The position numbers and the translations under genes are program-made. The notes under the pieces are model-generated. The model was not told the origin of the DNA and searched no databases. It saw nothing but the letters and a program-made list of their open reading frames with translations. A DNA stretch of 64,000 bases from Rhizodiscina lignyota. Its lineage: Eukaryota. How positions within the stretch are numbered: position 1 is the stretch's first letter; each line of letters opens with the position of its first letter. Location of the stretch: assembly GCA_010015805.1 (NCBI GenBank), contig ML978139.1, positions 186,001 to 250,000 of the forward strand, read 5' to 3'. Positions 22,664 to 34,660 of this stretch are shown here, in pieces.

Positions 22664-23407
22664 TTCTGCCCACAGCTTCTGCAGTTCTCGGTGGAGTTTG
22701 TAAGATGCGCGCCAGTTGAAATCGCCGTGGAGAATGAATTTGTATTTAAATACTACTCCGCCGAGTAAGTGGGGATGGGGGGTAGCTGTTTTGACTGTAT
22801 CTGTCGTGAAGGGCACATATTCTTGTGGTAGTTCAAGAGTGTTCCTCGGCGTGAGTTTAAATCGTTCCAAATCCATGGCTTGTGCGGCACGTGATCACGG
22901 CGGACAGTAACTGGGTATCACACAAGGATCAGAGTTCTGATTTCGAACTTGAAGATGAACGAGGAAGTGTGATTCTTAGAACTCAAGAATCAATCGATGT
23001 GCACGTCGTAATAAAGATGTGTCCATGGTCGTTCCTGTCTTTCTAATTCTGCGACTTTGGAAGGCGCATTCCAATTGTCTTGAGACGACCATCGAGGCGC
23101 TCTTTCCTAACACAACAGTGCGCAATACGGCAGGGCTGGGTACGAGCGCTTAACAGGCCATTCAATTGTTGCTTGAGTTAGTTACTGCCGCGCAGACAAT
23201 TCCAAAAGCCAAGCTTGCACGAAAGCTTTTTACGAAATTCGTAGCACAAATCCGAGGCGATGTCGTTATCGAATTGGTGCGAGATCGGCGATATCCCCTT
23301 TCCGGCGATTCACGTGCGTCTAATTTCTCATCGTCATGTCAAGTTGTGTATCTATAAATTGCCATTGAGGCCTGAAAGTTACATATTGAACCTGTTAAGG
23401 ACTTGTG

Positions 23408-24519
23408 ATGGCGGATAAAGTTGTGCAGTGGGAGAGCGCCCAAGATGGCCTTGACAAACTCACCCTTAACGAAGCTCCAGTGCCTTCCCCGGGCGAGGAT
23501 GAAGTGCTCGTGAAAATCAGTACGGTGTCACTGAACTATCGAGATACAGAAGGTGGGTGAAAGGTACTGCATATTGCGTCTTAATTGCAGAACTAAGCTG
23601 TGTTGCAGTTATTATGGGTCTCTACACTCATCACAAGTCTGTCGATCACTCAAGTGCCATCGTTCCTTGCTCAGATGCATGCGGTACCATCGTCAAAGTC
23701 GGGAGCGGCCTAAAGGTACCTTGGAAAGTCGGCGACCGCGTCCTTTCGACATTCAGTCAGACCCATCTCACAGGCCAGGTTCAGGCGAGGGACCTACAGT
23801 ACGGAATGGGTTTGCCGTTGCCTGGCGTCCTAGCAACATATCGCGTTTTCCCGTCGACTGGATTGGTAAAGGCTCCCAATTCTCTCACAGATGAAGAGGC
23901 CAGCACGCTTGCAATCGCATCAGTGACAGCTTGGATGTCGCTATTCACGTTCGACAAATCGCCATTGAATGGAAAGACAGTCTTGATTCAAGGAACGGGC
24001 GGCGTTGCTATTGCTGGACTGCAGATTGCAAAAGCGAGCGGCGGAAAGGTCATTGTGACCTCATCTTCTGACGAGAAGTTGGAGCGTGCCCGCAAACTGG
24101 GTGCCGACTACACGATTAATTACCGCAAGGAGCCGCAGTGGTCGAAGAAAGTACTCGAGTACACCAACAGCGAGGGTGCGGATGTCATCTTCGAACTTGG
24201 TGGAGCAAGCACCATCCGGCAATCGTTTGATTGTGTCGCTTTCGGCGGTTTAATCGCTTGTATCGGGTACCTTGGGGGCAAGCAGGATGCGCCGGAGGAT
24301 AGGACGAATGTGAATGTACTGGCGCTGAGTCGTAATGTGACTTTGAAAGGTATCTTGAACGGTCCTCGTGATGAGTTTGAAGAGCTGTGTAGCTTCTATG
24401 AGAAGCATGGCATCAAGCCTGTGGTCGATAAGACTTTCAAGTTTGATGAGGCGAAGGAGGCGCTAAAGTATTTGTTCAGTGGTGGCCATTTTGGAAAGGT
24501 CATCGTCAAAGTGGCATGA
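23408..24519 (+). CDS. MDR-superfamily (zinc-type alcohol dehydrogenase/quinone-reductase-like) oxidoreductase, 351 aa
   Basis: Exons 23408-23552 and 23609-24519. Motifs VSLNYRD, VPCSDACG, LIQGTGGVA, TSSSDEKL, GGHFGKVIV. Confidence 0.9.
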
Positions 24520-24610
24520 TCCGTCGTCCCGTGGAAGCCAGACCTGTACATAATATCCATGAAAACTTCGCAGGAGGAGCTGAATTTCCATCGTCTGTAA
24601 ACAGTGATTT

Positions 24611-25039
24611 TCAATCTGCACTGACAGGCTCTGGTCGCTGAGAGAAGACGATCTTGTATCGAATGATTTCCCTGACTTCGAGTTGCTCTTCCCCATCCAC
24701 CTCCATAGCATCACCCATCTCTTTCTTTCTCAGAACCCCAATCGGTTTGCCCAGCTTTTTCACTTCTCCCGTGAGGCGCTGGTGCTTGCCGACATAGAAA
24801 TACACTCGTTTCATCCATGATTGGTCCTCTGGAGGATTCTGATTCGAAAAGTTTGGAAAGACCAGTTTGCCTGCGAGTGTTTCACCAGCATTTTGGGATT
24901 CGGTGGCCGTGGGTGTATGAATAGTCCCTTGTATCTCCACAATCGCCAGTCCAGATGGTGTCTGCAGGAGCTTTGGAAGTGGATTCGGCACGGATGATGA
25001 GCGCTCAGGGCACAGTGGGTGAACAGTTATACTAGGCAT
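24611..25039 (-). CDS. CTF8: Chromosome transmission fidelity protein 8 (Ctf18-RFC subunit), 142 aa
   Basis: ATG 25039 (MPSITVHP). Motifs GLAIVEIQGTI, VGKHQRLTGEVKKLGKP, IIRYKIVFSQRPEPV. Confidence 0.9.
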   Translation of the reverse strand: MPSITVHPLCPERSSSVPNPLPKLLQTPSGLAIVEIQGTIHTPTATESQNAGETLAGKLVFPNFSNQNPPEDQSWMKRVYFYVGKHQRLTGEVKKLGKPIGVLRKKEMGDAMEVDGEEQLEVREIIRYKIVFSQRPEPVSAD

Positions 25040-25733
25040 GGTGATTTGAGAGCAGCAACCGGCCTCTCCAAAATTTGTGGACTCGATGATGAATTGAAAT
25101 AAGTAGTCAGTGGTTGCACGCTGAAGGACGACGCGACACGCGCACGCGCTAAAGATCAGCTCTAAAAATCCACGTCGGTGGCGCCGCTTTTGTCCCATCG
25201 GTTCGTATTATTAAAGCGGCCAGGAACTTTTCAGACGTAAACGAGACCGAAGGAATATGTATTAACATCATGAATTTCCTTTAGTGAGCCTCACACTACA
25301 CAAAAACCACTAATCTGCATCGTTAACGCTACCCGTTGAAGCTCATGCTGCACATATGAATGCTACCCCACCACGCTATATTTCTTCTTTAGCGGTTCTC
25401 GCGCCATTTCATACCTCCTGCACGCGTTAAGGATATTTGATAAACCAGCTATATTGCCATCGATCAGGCTCATGCGGACGTGGTAGCGGACGAAGATCCT
25501 TTGTAGCATTTCAGACGCTCTCGGGGCCTGAACAGCAATAGCGTGCAGCCTCTGTAATTGATAAAGCGTACTAGTTCTTCAATAGTTCGCGATTGTTTCG
25601 TACACTCTGAGGAACGCACAGCTGAGCTTTCGGAGATACTCTCTTTTAGCTTGAGGTATAACAACTGGTCGCCTTGAGGTGTTACAGCTTGCCGGAGGCC
25701 AAATATTTTGTCACCCTCGAGGTGCTCTATCCA

Positions 25734-26768
25734 TCACGGATCCCACTTTTCCAATGCTTCAACCATCTCTTTGTCTACTGCCCCTTCCTTCCACCATATC
25801 TTCTTCCAGTCCCACTGTATCCACTCACTTGCCAAACAGCCACTGTCTGCTCGCAATATACCGACGGCGACGTTAACAACCTGAGGGCGTGACTCCCGCT
25901 CCCAGAATATCGAAGCACCGCACTTCCCACAGAAACTCCTCCGGACATCATCGGAGCTAGCATAGCACCGTAGACCAGGAATTGCATCTTGCAGAGCAGT
26001 TGACTTCACCTTGGCTTCCTTGTCGTAACTCGTGTAGTCGAAGGGCGACTTGTCCCCAATAATGACGTTCTCCGGCATTATATATGTGTTGACGGAGAGG
26101 CTTTGTCCGGATCCCAATCGGCAGTACCGGCAAAAACAATAAAGTCCAAGGTATTTGGTTCCTTCTGCTCCAAGCCACGGAGCGAGATCCAGCCTATTAT
26201 CGTGTTTCGGAGGCAGAATCCGAAATTGAACGGTACCGCAATGGCACGAAGCAGCCAGTGTATCGACCTCCGGGCTCTCTGGGTTGTGTCTGGACATTGC
26301 ATCAATATCTTCATCGGTCATCTCTTGCCCAACTCCTTCGGCATAGCATGGTATCTTCCGGCCTCCCAGTTGACGCATTGGACGAGAAAGGCCACCATCT
26401 TTGGTGTCAGCCACAAAGGCATGAATGCTGACTCTGACCACGTCTTGAGCCGGCGATGGTTCGACGATGCCCGAACAGGCGAACCATTTTCTGCTTCCGG
26501 TATTATGATCGAAGGTCCTCGTACCGCATGTTGAGCAGAAGTATCGGTCGACGCAGCCTCCAGGTCGAGCGTACCGAGTACATGCGTCCAGGCTACTGGG
26601 CTGACCTTTCAATTCAACAAAAGTGCCACCAAGCACTCCTGTAGTCTGGCGGCATGGGTTGCAATGACAAAACTCTGATTCAATGGGAAAGTTCCATGAA
26701 GAGAGCAATGCGCCAGGTTCACGAACAGAGCCACAATAACATTGAAAATGGGATGCGATAGTGGACAT
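25734..26768 (-). CDS. Tandem two-domain GFA/CENP-V (Mss4-like, DUF636) zinc protein, 344 aa
   Basis: Two repeats of the Cys pattern: CYCG...CHCNPCR...RYFCSTCG and CHCG...CFCRYCR...RSFCGKCG. Confidence 0.85.
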   Translation of the reverse strand: MSTIASHFQCYCGSVREPGALLSSWNFPIESEFCHCNPCRQTTGVLGGTFVELKGQPSSLDACTRYARPGGCVDRYFCSTCGTRTFDHNTGSRKWFACSGIVEPSPAQDVVRVSIHAFVADTKDGGLSRPMRQLGGRKIPCYAEGVGQEMTDEDIDAMSRHNPESPEVDTLAASCHCGTVQFRILPPKHDNRLDLAPWLGAEGTKYLGLYCFCRYCRLGSGQSLSVNTYIMPENVIIGDKSPFDYTSYDKEAKVKSTALQDAIPGLRCYASSDDVRRSFCGKCGASIFWERESRPQVVNVAVGILRADSGCLASEWIQWDWKKIWWKEGAVDKEMVEALEKWDP

Positions 26769-27360
26769 GTTGCTCAGCGGAGAACAAGAGAGAGTTTAAC
26801 TTATTGAAATAACTCCTTCTCTTAACAAACCATTCTTAACGGAGACATTTGAGTCACTCTCACCCAAATATTGCCCCACTTATCGTATCACAGTCCTTGG
26901 TACTCTCGACGGTGACCGAAAAGTTGATCGCAGCTTGCAAAGCGCTAAACAGTAACAAGGTGTAGTCTCTGTTATTAATACAGCTTACAAGTTTTTCAAT
27001 GGTTTGCTATTGGTAAATACACTCCAAAGCGCGTACAAGTGAGCTTTCAGAGACCATGGTACTTACCTTGAAGTGCAAGCCCGCGGTCTCTTCCTCCTTA
27101 TCGGCCGCACTATGCATACAACAACCTCACACAACGCCTTCATTCATAATGACCATTTCCAACGAAAGTCATCACAGGGAGATGATCGGAGTCGCACATA
27201 AGGCTACAAGTGCTCCGTTCGGAGTGGTGCCGCGGTTCGGATCAACGCCACCGGGGAGATAAAAAGTGTGGCTAGTGTGCTGTATTTCATATTTAACATA
27301 GCTCTTCCAGCGGTCTCGTGCAGTCATCCTTGCGGAATTCCCGCCAGCTGAAATTCCACT

Positions 27361-28452
27361 ATGGTTCTCAAACTTTCCTTTGCGTGTTGGGACTATGATC
27401 GTTTCAAAGCAATTGAGGATGGCCGCGTCAGGCCCGAAGGTATCGAGCTCACGTTCCTCAACTACAGAGTCGAAGAAACGTAAGATCAAGTATCTCTCAG
27501 TCCAGAGGAACTTTACTCAATTGTAGCAGTTTCTTCCGTCAATTACGCTTCAGAGAATTTGATGTCTCTGAATTGTCATTATCATCCTATGTTTTGACAT
27601 TAAATCAAGACAACCCGCCGTTCATTGCCTTGCCCGTATTCGCCTCTCGCTATTTCCGTCATCAGTCAATGTATATCAACACAAATTCCGGCATCAAGAA
27701 GCCTTCAGATTTGCGAGGAAAGCGAATTGGGTCGCCAGAATATCAAAGTGTGTCAAATTCTCTCAATATCGAAGACACGAGACTAATTGCTCACAGTGAC
27801 GGCACCCGTCTGGCAACGCGGCATTATGGAGGATGAGTTTGGCGTTCCAATTAATAGCGTCGAATGGTTTGTGGGTGCCATCGAACCTTCTCCTGACGAA
27901 CGTATCAGCAAGGTCTGGCACAGCGTCCCGGCAGATGTCAAAATCACCGCAATCGAACGTGGCAAGAACCTCTCTCAGATGCTAGCAGATGGTGAGCTTG
28001 ACGCCATCTTCAGCGCCACTAAGCCATCTTCATTTGATGGCAAAACAATTACCCATCTATTCCCAAACTTTAAGGAGGTCGAAGCGGAGTACTACCAAAG
28101 GACCAAGATCTTCCCCATAATGCACGTGATTGCACTTAAGCGGGACGTGTACGACGCAAACCCTTGGATTGCCAAAGTACTGCAAAAGGCGTTTGAGAAG
28201 GCCATGGACATTGGATATGAGGCGCTTGAGGAGAGGGCTGCGCTGAGATATATGCTACCTTGGCTGGATGATCACTACGAAGAAACACAAAGGCTTTTCG
28301 GAGAGAAGAAGTACTGGAAGGACGGATTCGACGAGAACAAGCATGTTTTGGAGAAATTTCTAGAGTACTCCTTCAACCAAGGCCTGGCGAAGCGGAAGTT
28401 CAAGCCTGAGGAGCTATTCGCACCGAATACGCTGGAGTCGTATGTCCTGTAA
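27361..28452 (+). CDS. 4,5-dihydroxyphthalate decarboxylase-like protein (periplasmic-binding-protein fold), 330 aa
   Basis: Exons 27361-27479, 27530-27747, 27797-28452. Sequence LSFACWDYDR...GRVRPEGI...ETFFRQL...FDVSELSLSSY...PVFASRYFRH...DLRGKRIGSPEYQ|MTAPVWQRG...GELDA...IFPIMHV...QGL...EELF matches my recollection of the bacterial family. Confidence 0.8.
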
Positions 28453-29223
28453 AGGACACCAGAATGTTTCAAAGGTAGTGGAAGCGACCTCCTTAATCTT
28501 CCTAGGACTTCTGCGAGCACTGCTTTATCTTTCGTCTCTTTGCTGGTGGAACCGCTTGGAATGTACATATGAGCTCAACATAGTTCGCATGATGCCCCAT
28601 AAGAGCAATCTAATCATCCGCAACAAAATCATCTAGATATTAGCCAAACTAGGTAGAATTCCCTCCTATTCCGACGATCTTAAAGGCAAGCAGGAAGATT
28701 TGGGGCTAACGAGCTGTGTACCCTCCTGCATTATCGAAGTTCGTCCGTGGTGGGTCAATTTTGACCATTATACATTGTCTTCCACATCTTGTCTTAACGG
28801 AAGAGCAATTAAACCTCAACAAGTGCCGTCCGCCCTGCCGATGAGTATGGATTCCGTCCCTTGGCATCTTATTTGAATTTTGCGGGGAAGATGCTGAGTT
28901 CTGCGACCATTCGCGGTTTCCAGCCGCGGTCGGTAGTACTTTCAATGCCGATCATCCCGACATCAAATGACCACCATCGGCGTGTTATGATTCTACTCCG
29001 GCTCCAATCCCGACATTCCTTCCCGGACGCCTGTTTTTCTAGCATAAGCTAAGCTCCAGGATTTCCCCGTGGGGTCTGTGCTAGTATTTCTTCAGCGTCT
29101 GATGCTCTTCATATCGATACACCGTCAGCTGTTGAAAACTCCTGTTGAAGTGTTGATTCTGTGGATTCTGTTGTTGAATAATTTGTAATTGTTTCCTTGT
29201 GCCTTGAAAGCGTCTATCAAATC

Positions 29224-31210
29224 ATGTCTAGCAACCGCACCGAGGTCTTGATCTGCGGCTCTGGCTCCGCTGGCGTTACTGCAGCATTATGGCTTGCGCT
29301 GCACAAAATCCCTTGCAAGATACTCGACAAGCGATCTGGTCCAATGAAAATGGGGCAAGCCGACGGTGTACAATGCCGGACGGTCGAGATATTCGAGTCA
29401 TTTGGCGTTTCAGAAGAGATGTTGCGAGAAGCATACCACGTGCTCGAAGTCGCTTTCTGGAGTGCGGATGCGGAAGGAACACTACGGAGAACAAGAACGA
29501 CGGCAGATACAGCCCCTGGATTAACGCATATGCCACACGTTATTTTGAATCAGGCAAGAGTCAATGGATTGCTGCTGGAAGCGATGCAGAGAGCAAATGG
29601 GCAAGATGTCGATTATGGCTGGGAAGTCAAGGGTGTTGAGGTGAATTCAGAGAAAGCTGAGGACCCAGAGGCGTATCCAGTAAAAGTAACAGCAGAGAAA
29701 GATGGCAAAGAGGAGGTTTTCGAGGCCAAATACGTGCTTGTGAGCCAGCTGTTGCTACAGTAAATGATCAGTGTTGACCTTACGCAGGGCTGTGATGGCG
29801 CACACAGCAATGTCCGCAAATCATTAGGATACAAGATGATCGGAGACTCTACAGACGCTGTTTGGGGTGTCATGGACATTTACCCTCAGACAAACTTTCC
29901 AGATGTTAGGAGAAAGTCCACCATCCATTCCGCATATGGTAACCTTCTCATAATCCCGAGAGAGGGCGGGTCGCTGGTCCGCTTTTATATCGAGCTTCCC
30001 GAGGGCACAGTAGCAAAGTCCGTCAAGTTGGAGGATCTTCATGCTGCCGCAAAGAAGATTTTCACTGGGTATAAGATGGATTTCGCTGATACGTTCTGGT
30101 GGTCTGCCTATGCCATCGGCCAGCGTCTGGCCGATCATTTTTCCAAAGACAACAGAGTCTTCTTAACAGGAGATGCATGTCATACGCACTCACCAAAAGC
30201 AGGCCAAGGCATGAATGTTAGCTTGCAAGATGGCTACAACATTGGCTGGAAGCTTGCCGAGGTGCTGAAGAAGCAAGCGCCGCCGGAGCTGCTGAAAACA
30301 TACAACATTGAGCGAGAGAAGGTGGCGGCAGATCTCATCAACTTCGATCGCGAATGGGCAAAGATATTCGCGGTGAAGGTAAACCAATCGAACGGCGACC
30401 ATGATGCCATCGCGAAGAAATTCAGTGACACCTTCATCAAGAACGGGAGATATACCGCAGGACTCACAGCAACATACGACGACTCTATGCTCACGTCCGC
30501 GGCGAGGAGTACGCAGACATTGGCAAGGTACGTGACGGTCGGCATGAGATTCCCGAGCGCTCAAGTGGTGCGGTACTGCGATGCGAAAGCCATGCAGATT
30601 GCTCGAGCGCTTCCTGCAGATGGCAGGTGGAGGATCTTGATCTTTGCAGGCGACATTCGAGACTCGTGCAAAGCTGAGAAATTAAAAAAGGTCAGCAACC
30701 TTCTTCAAGTCCGATATGAGACAGGTACTAATAGTTGACCAAGATGGCGGAGTACCTGGACGGACCCAAAGGTCCAGTACGCAGATTTACAAGGAAGGAT
30801 GCAGACATTGATAGCTTCATCGAGCCCATTGTGATCCTCCATGGAGAGCGCCATGGTGTTGAGCAAGAGCAGATCCCAGACTACTTTTGGCCGTCCACTG
30901 GGAAATGGAAGATGCGAGGTATGTTTCCGTCCAACGGCTTTGGTGGCAGTACTAAATTTCGCAGACTTGCACAAGACCTTTATTGATGACGAGAGTTACA
31001 ACTCCGGCCACGGTCGAGCTTATGAACATTTCGGAGTCGAGCCAGACGAAGGAGCTGTTGTAATCGTTCGGCCTGATCATTGTAAGCTTTGCGCACTTTC
31101 AGCGCTCCAAAGAGCACTAACACCCGTCAGATGTGTCCCTGGTGACCTCTTTAGACGACCACGATGGCATTGGGAAGCTGTTTGAAGGCTTTGCATTGCC
31201 GCAACAATGA
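29224..31210 (+). CDS. FAD-dependent phenol 2-monooxygenase / 3-hydroxybenzoate hydroxylase-family flavoprotein, about 596 aa
   Basis: Exons 29224-29739, 29788-30690, 30744-30918, 30965-31081, 31131-31210. Motifs GSGSAG, GQADGVQCRT, GCDGAHS, FLTGDACHTHSPKAGQGMN, VIVRPDHYVS (C-terminal dimerisation domain). Confidence 0.92.
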
Positions 31211-31743
31211 TGCGATCAAATTCTGTTTGAAAAACACTGACATAGCCGCGGCGTTCGGATGTCAAGTTACGGTCCGATAATTTTGTATTCCGCGCCTCGC
31301 AGCAGACTTGATGAATCTGCTATCTCAGTTCTTTATCGAAGTGTTGATTAATAGCCCCAACACCCAATCTCCATCGACTTCTGCATACCTGGAGTACTCA
31401 TCGGAGGAGATGTTTTCTTCCTTGAAGCTGAAACTCCAAACGCAATATCAAATATTGCGAGGTAAGCCTTTCGGCGATCGACCTGCCTTCCAGTTCCAAG
31501 TCCCAAGTTTCCTGCGGAGCTCCCACACCCCAGCACCATTAATTTCCGGGCATCTGCACTTGAATCGAGCCCTCACGTTAACGCTTAAAGAAGTTGATAG
31601 CATTTTAGGTTATGGCTAAATGTCTTCCGATCTGGGACATACCAGACATCAGAGTTATGTTGACGCACCAAAATAACCATGCCCTCAAAACGCTCCCAGA
31701 TGAGTTCCGTCCCAACTCCAATATGAGTATCACTAGATGCAAC

Positions 31744-34020
31744 TCATTTAACCTTGCTCATGATCGTCTCCGGGCCCCTCTGCGTCTCCATCTCCGCCGC
31801 TCTGGCTTTGACGGCATTGAGCAAGCTCCTGTCAAAGTCATCTCTAGCTCGTAGGACCGCCTCCACCCAGCCCATGCCAGCGTCCCAGTACTCTCGCTTG
31901 AAATCCTCATATACGTCCGGGACTACGGATTTCGGTTCGTCAATCAGCTTCGTGAAACCGTCGATGACTCTCCACTTCTCTTTTATTGTTGTGAATGCCT
32001 CAAAGCGCTCGGCAAAGTTGAAAAGAGTGACGACATCGTCGCGAACTTTCTCCAGGTACGGGTCTTGGCGCTTGAACTTGACGCCCTTGTTGCGTACGGC
32101 GGAAAGGTAGCGGACCAGCAGCTCATCAGAGAGTTCCTCAACCAGAATCTCCCGTAATGACGGATGCAGCACTGGCGCATAGTCGTTGAGGTAGTCTTCG
32201 AATGTGCTGATAGCCTGCCCAATACCCTTCTTCCCGTACCATGTTGGTGTGAAGAATTCACCCAAGAGGACTCTGAAGTCAACTGCGAAGATTAGAGAAG
32301 CAAATACGCTGAGACAGTGTGTAGACAAGTCGACATAGCCATCACGCAAAGACTCAAGGGCAGCCGACGCAGTGCCGGAGTATTCATCTGATATGAGTGC
32401 CTGCACGTCGCGAGAAAAGCTGGTGAGGTAGCTTGTTTGGCCTTCAGCTTCTCCCTCGTCATCGATACATGCGATCTGATCATTTGCAATGGCAATGAGC
32501 CAGTCTTGGAACTGCTGCAAGCCTTCTGGCTCTGCTGATGGTTGGCAATACCTCTGCAGCTCTGCATTGGTAAGATCTCGCCACATATGCTGGCGGGCAG
32601 CAAGAGCGCGGAACATCGCGTCAGCCACACCTTCAACGACATCGTGCCGCTCGCTACCACCAGCGACTGTGAGTTGCTCACGTAGCATGCGCCACATGTC
32701 GCCGAGCGTTTTGGTTCGGAATGCGCCGTTCTCGTCACTGTCTAGCGCATTTTCAGCGCGTGTTGAGAAAGCTTGTCTGTCTGTGGCAGACATGCGATCC
32801 ATCCATTCGTCGACAGCCCTGATGATGAGCTGTCGGTATTCACGCACAATATCGGCGCTTCGTCCGTCGATGAGTGGTGGATTCAGTTGGTCCTCTGGTA
32901 CTCCAAGTTTGGTCATCTTCGCGTAGTATTTGTCGACCCAGTTGAGGATCGCCAGCATCTGCGTAGGAATGGTTTCCGGGTCGTCTAACCTGGCAACCAG
33001 CCAGTCGTGCATCTGCTGATGGTAGATACTGGTGTATGTTTGTAAGATCTTCCACTTCTTCGGCATAAGCGATACCATGCCTAGCTTGACTGTATTCAGA
33101 TCGTTGAAGTACCACCGTACGCTCTTCTCTAGCTTGTCAGGGTCTTCTAGGAAGGTTTGGTTCGATGCATCAATCTGTTGCTGCGCGCTGATCTCAATCG
33201 CCTTCAGGAATTTATCTTTGTAGCCTCTGAGCTCCTTGGGGCCGGCATTGATCGACTTCAGCTTCGATGCCAGCTCTTTGTATTCCTTCTGCGCGTCTTG
33301 TAGCGCTTTGACTTTCTTGTCACTTTTCTCCTCCTCTTGAATAATGAGTGCTAGCCTCACTATCATGCCATTATTTCCACTTTGCACCAAGGGTATCAAG
33401 TTCATGCACGCTGTGCCAATGTGGTCGTCAAACCAGTCCACAATTTCGTCGAGCCTGGAGAAGTATTCCTGCAGCGTTGCTCCGGATGTCAATGTCAGAT
33501 TATTGATAAGCTCCTGTGCATCATCTAGTGTCTTGACTTGATCCATAGCCGCCTCCCTTGTATCTCTTAACCGGGTGAGCTCATAATGTATGGCCAATAG
33601 ATTTGGTTGGTTCTCCATATCTTGATCGTCATCCCTTAGCAGCTGCTCCAGCATTCCTAGCTTTTGATCGAATGCCTCAATATCGTTCTTCATGGTCTCG
33701 ACCTGGCTAAAGTTCCTGTGCGTCTGCGCGACGAGGTTGATATGGGGGAAGTCGCGAATCATATTCTGAGCTTCGGCGCAAAGCTTGTCGATCTTCATCA
33801 TTTCGTCCTTGATGAGATTGACGGTACGCTGGCCGTCAGTAATACTGTTCATGCCATTCTGCGTGATCTCAAGCTGCTCCTTCAGCCCCATGCGCAGCTG
33901 CGAATCGACAGCTGCCTTCTTGCGCGTGAACTCCGACTTGAGGGCTGGGATCTTGTCGAGGTCCTCCGGGTGCCGGAGCAGCTCGGCGAGCTTGACGGTG
34001 ACGGCTTCAGCATCATTCAT
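31744..34020 (-). CDS. SEC6: Exocyst complex component Sec6, 758 aa
   Basis: Intronless. Motifs LLRHPEDLDKI, RKKAAVDSQL, PNLLAIHYEL, LIAIANDQI, WVEAVLRARDD, ETIMSKVK. Confidence 0.92.
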   Translation of the reverse strand: MNDAEAVTVKLAELLRHPEDLDKIPALKSEFTRKKAAVDSQLRMGLKEQLEITQNGMNSITDGQRTVNLIKDEMMKIDKLCAEAQNMIRDFPHINLVAQTHRNFSQVETMKNDIEAFDQKLGMLEQLLRDDDQDMENQPNLLAIHYELTRLRDTREAAMDQVKTLDDAQELINNLTLTSGATLQEYFSRLDEIVDWFDDHIGTACMNLIPLVQSGNNGMIVRLALIIQEEEKSDKKVKALQDAQKEYKELASKLKSINAGPKELRGYKDKFLKAIEISAQQQIDASNQTFLEDPDKLEKSVRWYFNDLNTVKLGMVSLMPKKWKILQTYTSIYHQQMHDWLVARLDDPETIPTQMLAILNWVDKYYAKMTKLGVPEDQLNPPLIDGRSADIVREYRQLIIRAVDEWMDRMSATDRQAFSTRAENALDSDENGAFRTKTLGDMWRMLREQLTVAGGSERHDVVEGVADAMFRALAARQHMWRDLTNAELQRYCQPSAEPEGLQQFQDWLIAIANDQIACIDDEGEAEGQTSYLTSFSRDVQALISDEYSGTASAALESLRDGYVDLSTHCLSVFASLIFAVDFRVLLGEFFTPTWYGKKGIGQAISTFEDYLNDYAPVLHPSLREILVEELSDELLVRYLSAVRNKGVKFKRQDPYLEKVRDDVVTLFNFAERFEAFTTIKEKWRVIDGFTKLIDEPKSVVPDVYEDFKREYWDAGMGWVEAVLRARDDFDRSLLNAVKARAAEMETQRGPETIMSKVK

Positions 34021-34396
34021 GTTATCGACTCGTAGGCGTAGGATATAGGATCATGGTTGCGACGCCCTCGAGGAGCGCTTAAAAGGAGGTTCCCTTCGAC
34101 GTCGCGTCTGTCACAGAGAGTGGCAGGGTTGGTCGGAAGACGGAATTTGCCGGCCGCAAATGTTAATGCTTCATTTGAATCGAGGTTTGGATAATCTGCG
34201 ACCCTTAAGAAGTGCTTCAGACCTCTCAATTTATTCACTGTAAGTAGATCTAATTCCTTTAGCCTTGTGACAACATTTCGCTAAGCTGAATTGAGCAGAA
34301 GCCAGTACATACCCTCTCCTGCCGCGATTCGATAGCATCCGCCATTATCCTCTCAATTCTCGCTCTTGAACGGTACAATACAGCTACGCCGCTTTG

Positions 34397-34660
34397 ATGG
34401 CTTACTTTCGTATCACTCTCCTCCGTTCAGCAATCGGTTTGCCACGGCGAACAAATGGCGTACTTCAGGCGCTTGGGTTGCGCAGGCGCATGCAAACTGT
34501 CTATCATCCCGTGTCGCGAGACATAGCTGGCTTCATCTTACACGTCAAAGAGCTTCTCGATGTACAAGAGGTCGAAGAGAAACTATCAAAATCAGAACTG
34601 CATGAACTTAGGAAACCACAGCCAGGATATTGGGTCGAGAAGAGGACATCGGAAAGATGA
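34397..34660 (+). CDS. MRPL33: Mitochondrial ribosomal protein uL30m (MrpL33), 87 aa
   Basis: [16 protein letters not shown]...LQALGLRRR...[10 protein letters not shown]...[10 protein letters not shown]. Confidence 0.9.
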   Translation: MAYFRITLLRSAIGLPRRTNGVLQALGLRRRMQTVYHPVSRDIAGFILHVKELLDVQEVEEKLSKSELHELRKPQPGYWVEKRTSER

